Positions 61,303 to 64,000 of a DNA stretch of 64,000 nucleotides are shown here, in pieces. Origin of the DNA: Candidatus Latescibacterota bacterium (GTDB taxonomy: Bacteria > Latescibacterota > UBA2968 > UBA8231); the NCBI GenBank assembly GCA_965197905.1, contig CBDAOB010000004.1, positions 1,248,001 through 1,312,000 of the forward strand, given 5' to 3'. A program made the position numbers and the translations under genes. The notes under the pieces are model-generated. The model did no database searches, was not told the DNA's origin, and was given only the letters and a program-made list of their open reading frames with translations. The stretch's first letter is position 1. Each line of letters begins with the position of its first letter.

Positions 61303-61739
61303 GTTAGGTGGGCCCAACAGCTGATGCGGAGGATATGGATTTATGACGGGTATCCCTTGGGCATCCGTTCCGTGCCAGACGACACGGCTGATTCCATTCG
61401 GACATCTGACCGGCTTGCCAGTCGCACGATGCGCGGCCAGCGGATAGAGATGTTGATATCCCCCAGATCCCATTCAGTCGGCATGTTGATCTCTTCGGTG
61501 ATCTCACCGGAATCGGTCATCGAAACGACCGGATCGGGCCCGCGCGGGGCGCTCCTGACTCGTGAGACCCATGATCATTTCTAAATCCAAGTACCTGTCT
61601 GGTCTCAATCCGTATTCGGTGAAGCCGATGAGAGCGCGGACAAAGAAGGTAAGCCGGTCGAACTCCTCACTTCGGCGAAAAGAGTCGTCGAACTCCCGTT
61701 GATCTGAACCGCGAAGCGGATGCCAAAGGACAAGGGCCT

Positions 61740-62016
61740 TCAGGCTTCAACGGCAGATTGGTTCTTGGGATCTATATCGCCGTAGCGTGCCGTTACGACA
61801 TCCTTGATGTTCTCGTAATGTGCTATGGCCGCCAACTCCAGTGTCTCGGGAGAAAGCCGTTCGCGGACCTCTTCTGAAAAGGGCTCGAAAGAGCTGCCCA
61901 CGTTGTACTGCAAGTTGTACCGCATGATCAGAAATCGGCGATCCCGATCCTTGGGAATCCAGTTGAGCACGCCGTGGATGAGGCGTTCCGAGATGATCAC
62001 CACATCACCTGCCCTA
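61740..62016 (-). pseudogene. C-terminal fragment of a PhyH-family dioxygenase
   Basis: RAGDVVIISERLIHGVLNW...RRFLIMRY; N-terminus absent. Confidence 0.65.
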
Positions 62017-62394
62017 GGAGGTTGGAATCGAAATCGGCAGACGCGGCTGCCCGGAGAAATTGGGGCTTTTAAACAGCAGCTGCCCCTGTGGGTCAAAGAT
62101 GCGGACGAACGTTTCGGTGCCGGGTGATTGTGATTGGAGGTCCTGGTAGGCTGTGACAGGCCAGACGGGAATTCCTTCATCAAAGCTGATTGAGGATAGG
62201 ATGCGGGCCTGGTGCTGCGCCAGGCGACGATCGACACCGTGGTGAACGGCGATGAACATGGCGACAAAGAGAACCAGGAAGATGAATCCCATCAGGACGA
62301 TGAGACTGGCCCCGTACCACAGCGCCAGGCGTGTGGATATAGAGTAGCGTGAGGAAGCGAGTGCCCCTACGAGTTTATAGCGCACGCCACTCAA
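62014..62394 (-). pseudogene. N-terminal fragment of a sensor histidine kinase
   Basis: SISTRLALWY + TM + VDRRL; directly downstream of the response regulator fragment; no kinase core. Confidence 0.65.
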
Positions 62395-62395
62395 C

Positions 62396-62710
62396 TCACT
62401 CAGACTCAACCACGAATCGGAATCCGGCGCCACGAACGGTTTCTATGTGGAGGCTCTCAGGCACATCTTCTGCACGGAAGGCCTCTCTGAGATGCTGGCG
62501 CAGCCCAGAAACCGTGACACCAATTACGTTGTCCGTAACCCACGGATTTCCCCAAACCCGCTCTGCAATCACGGTTCGCGAAATAACTGAACCGGGATTT
62601 TGGACCAAAAGAGTCAGCAGGGCGAATTCCTTGCCGCGCAACATCAGGTCGGTACTGCCCAGGGTGGCTTCCCGACGGCTTCGAAAGATGATATCGATCT
62701 CACTCGGAGA
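62396..62710 (-). pseudogene. C-terminal (winged helix) fragment of an OmpR-family response regulator
   Basis: KEFALL.LL..NPG.VISR..IAERVWG...NVI.V.VSGLR...IETVRGAGFRF; receiver domain absent. Confidence 0.78.
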
Positions 62711-63039
62711 ATGGAGGAGGCAGGGCAGCTGATCGGCATCGACGTCATAGATCACGTGATCGTCGGAGCTTCTTGACCAGTACCGGACGGTAGGCGAGGA
62801 GCGCCATGCCGCTACCTCAAAGAAAGCACAAGCTGCCGCTGGTCTCCTGGTCGTCGGTCTCCAACAGCCTTGCCCGCTTCGGTGTTCACGCACCGGGCGG
62901 GCGCTTTTCCGTACTAACTACGTCTACGAAATCAGTCTGTCAAAAGCAAGAGAAAATATTCTTAAGTATGTGTATTTATTAAAGTTTTTGGATCTTGAGA
63001 CGCAATAGCGTACTGTAAAATATACCGGAGGATTCTATA

Positions 63040-63288
63040 ATGGCATCGCTCGCCTACCTAAGGGTTTCCACCGAGGAACAGGCGCGGAGCGGTCTGGGAT
63101 TAGACGCACAGCTGGAGGCCATCGAGAGCAGTCTGGGCAAGCCAACGCAGGTATTCGTGGACGATGGATATAGTGGTAGCGATCCGAAGCGTCCCGCATT
63201 ACTGGAGGCCTTAGGCAACTCGCAGAAAATGATATACCAGCTCAACGGCCCTGATGTTGAATACAGACCTTGCAAACGCACAAAGTAA
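63040..63288 (+). pseudogene. Serine recombinase (resolvase) N-terminal fragment
   Basis: YLRVSTEEQ..SGLGLDAQ, FVDDGYSG...RPAL; GGAGGA RBS; homology lost after ~60 aa. Confidence 0.8.
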
Positions 63289-63528
63289 ACCGGGAAGCGA
63301 GTCCTTAACATGATCGCGAATCACCGGTAGTATATTTCTTGCGAGTTCCCTAAGACTCTGCCAAACCTCGAATTTATTTGCCTGCCATAACGCCCTTCTT
63401 TTCTCGCCGAATACATTATTCATTGGGTAAAATATAACACCGATCTCATCCTCCATGAAACGGGTGATGTTTGATGCTTCGGCGACGGCGTACTCAGCGG
63501 CGGAACGGTGGAATTCTCATACGGCCAA

Positions 63529-64000
63529 TTACCACGTGTGTACGATGTGGCCCTTTACCGGGAACCAGATCATATCCACCCACCTCGAAAACACTACTGC
63601 GAGCACATAGCCGATGGCCATCCCGTAGAAAAAGGGCTTCCCCCCCAGGTAGGCCCGCACTCCCCCGTAACGCAAAAGCACCAGCTTGACGGCCCACACC
63701 AGAGACAGACTCAACCAGTAGACCCACACCCCGGTCGTGAACTGAAAGGCCAGCCCCATAGGGTGCAGCGGAAACCAGAGAAAGCGCGCGCGCAAAAACG
63801 CGAGCCCGGCCGCCTCGAAAAACCCGAAGAGCCATACGCCCCACTTCCCCCCATCCGCAACCGTGCGATTGTACATAGCCAGGACCATCTGATCAAAGGT
63901 GGACGTATCACCTGCCGTGAAGACCATGAACCCTCCTTCATAGCCCCGTTCAACGGTCACTACCGCGATCGCGAAAAAACCCACCGGAAAGGCTACCACC
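63529..64000 (-). CDS. DUF6784/DUF6785-type membrane protein, C-terminal part (runs off window)
   Basis: RARFLWFPLHPMG, WAVKLVLLRYGG..AY...KPFFYG. Confidence 0.7.
   Translation of the reverse strand, partial: VVAFPVGFFAIAVVTVERGYEGGFMVFTAGDTSTFDQMVLAMYNRTVADGGKWGVWLFGFFEAAGLAFLRARFLWFPLHPMGLAFQFTTGVWVYWLSLSLVWAVKLVLLRYGGVRAYLGGKPFFYGMAIGYVLAVVFSRWVDMIWFPVKGHIVHTW

Noticed and set aside
61340..61480. Possible FlgD Ig-like remnant (SRVVWHGTDAQGIPV)
   Set aside because: Only a short motif across frame changes; too weak to annotate.
63211..63456. 81-aa AT-rich ORF
   Set aside because: No recognisable motif; it overlaps the resolvase stump and is probably another fragment.

Overview
A GC-rich bacterial chromosome segment. 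The gene repertoire (several 'WPQWRGP' PQQ-type beta-propellers, TolB/PD40 propellers, aldo/keto reductases, PhyH dioxygenases, a DUF6784/6785-type membrane protein) suggests a Latescibacterota/Gemmatimonadota/Poribacteria-like organism; this is inference. Core content includes trkAH, a TAXI-TRAP transporter, pckA, hsp20 under a sigma54-type promoter, amrS/amrB, tamB-tamA, ilvD and tmRNA. Highlights: (1) A ~5.36 kb decaying integrative element sits in the tmRNA 3' end, bounded by the 10-bp direct repeat CCTCCACCAA. Its integrase ORF runs through the att site, so integrated and excised forms encode different C-termini; in the excised circle the new stop overlaps (ATGA) a small ORF at the far end. 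It also carries a sigma54-activator-like AAA+ gene, xis and a broken primase. (2) A probable selenoprotein missed by the ORF track: a UxxC redoxin fused to a DsbD N-terminal-like domain, with a SECIS-like hairpin. (3) A stand-alone sigma70 region-4 gene is bracketed by two 'strong RBS - micro-ORF - hairpin - terminator' modules. (4) An IS1595-family element with an 8-bp TSD and a passenger gene splits amrS/amrB. (5) An MbnP-like lipoprotein is fused to a CxxCH domain. (6) A mosaic of gene fragments occupies ~60-63.5 kb. Protein family calls come from motif recognition, not database searches.
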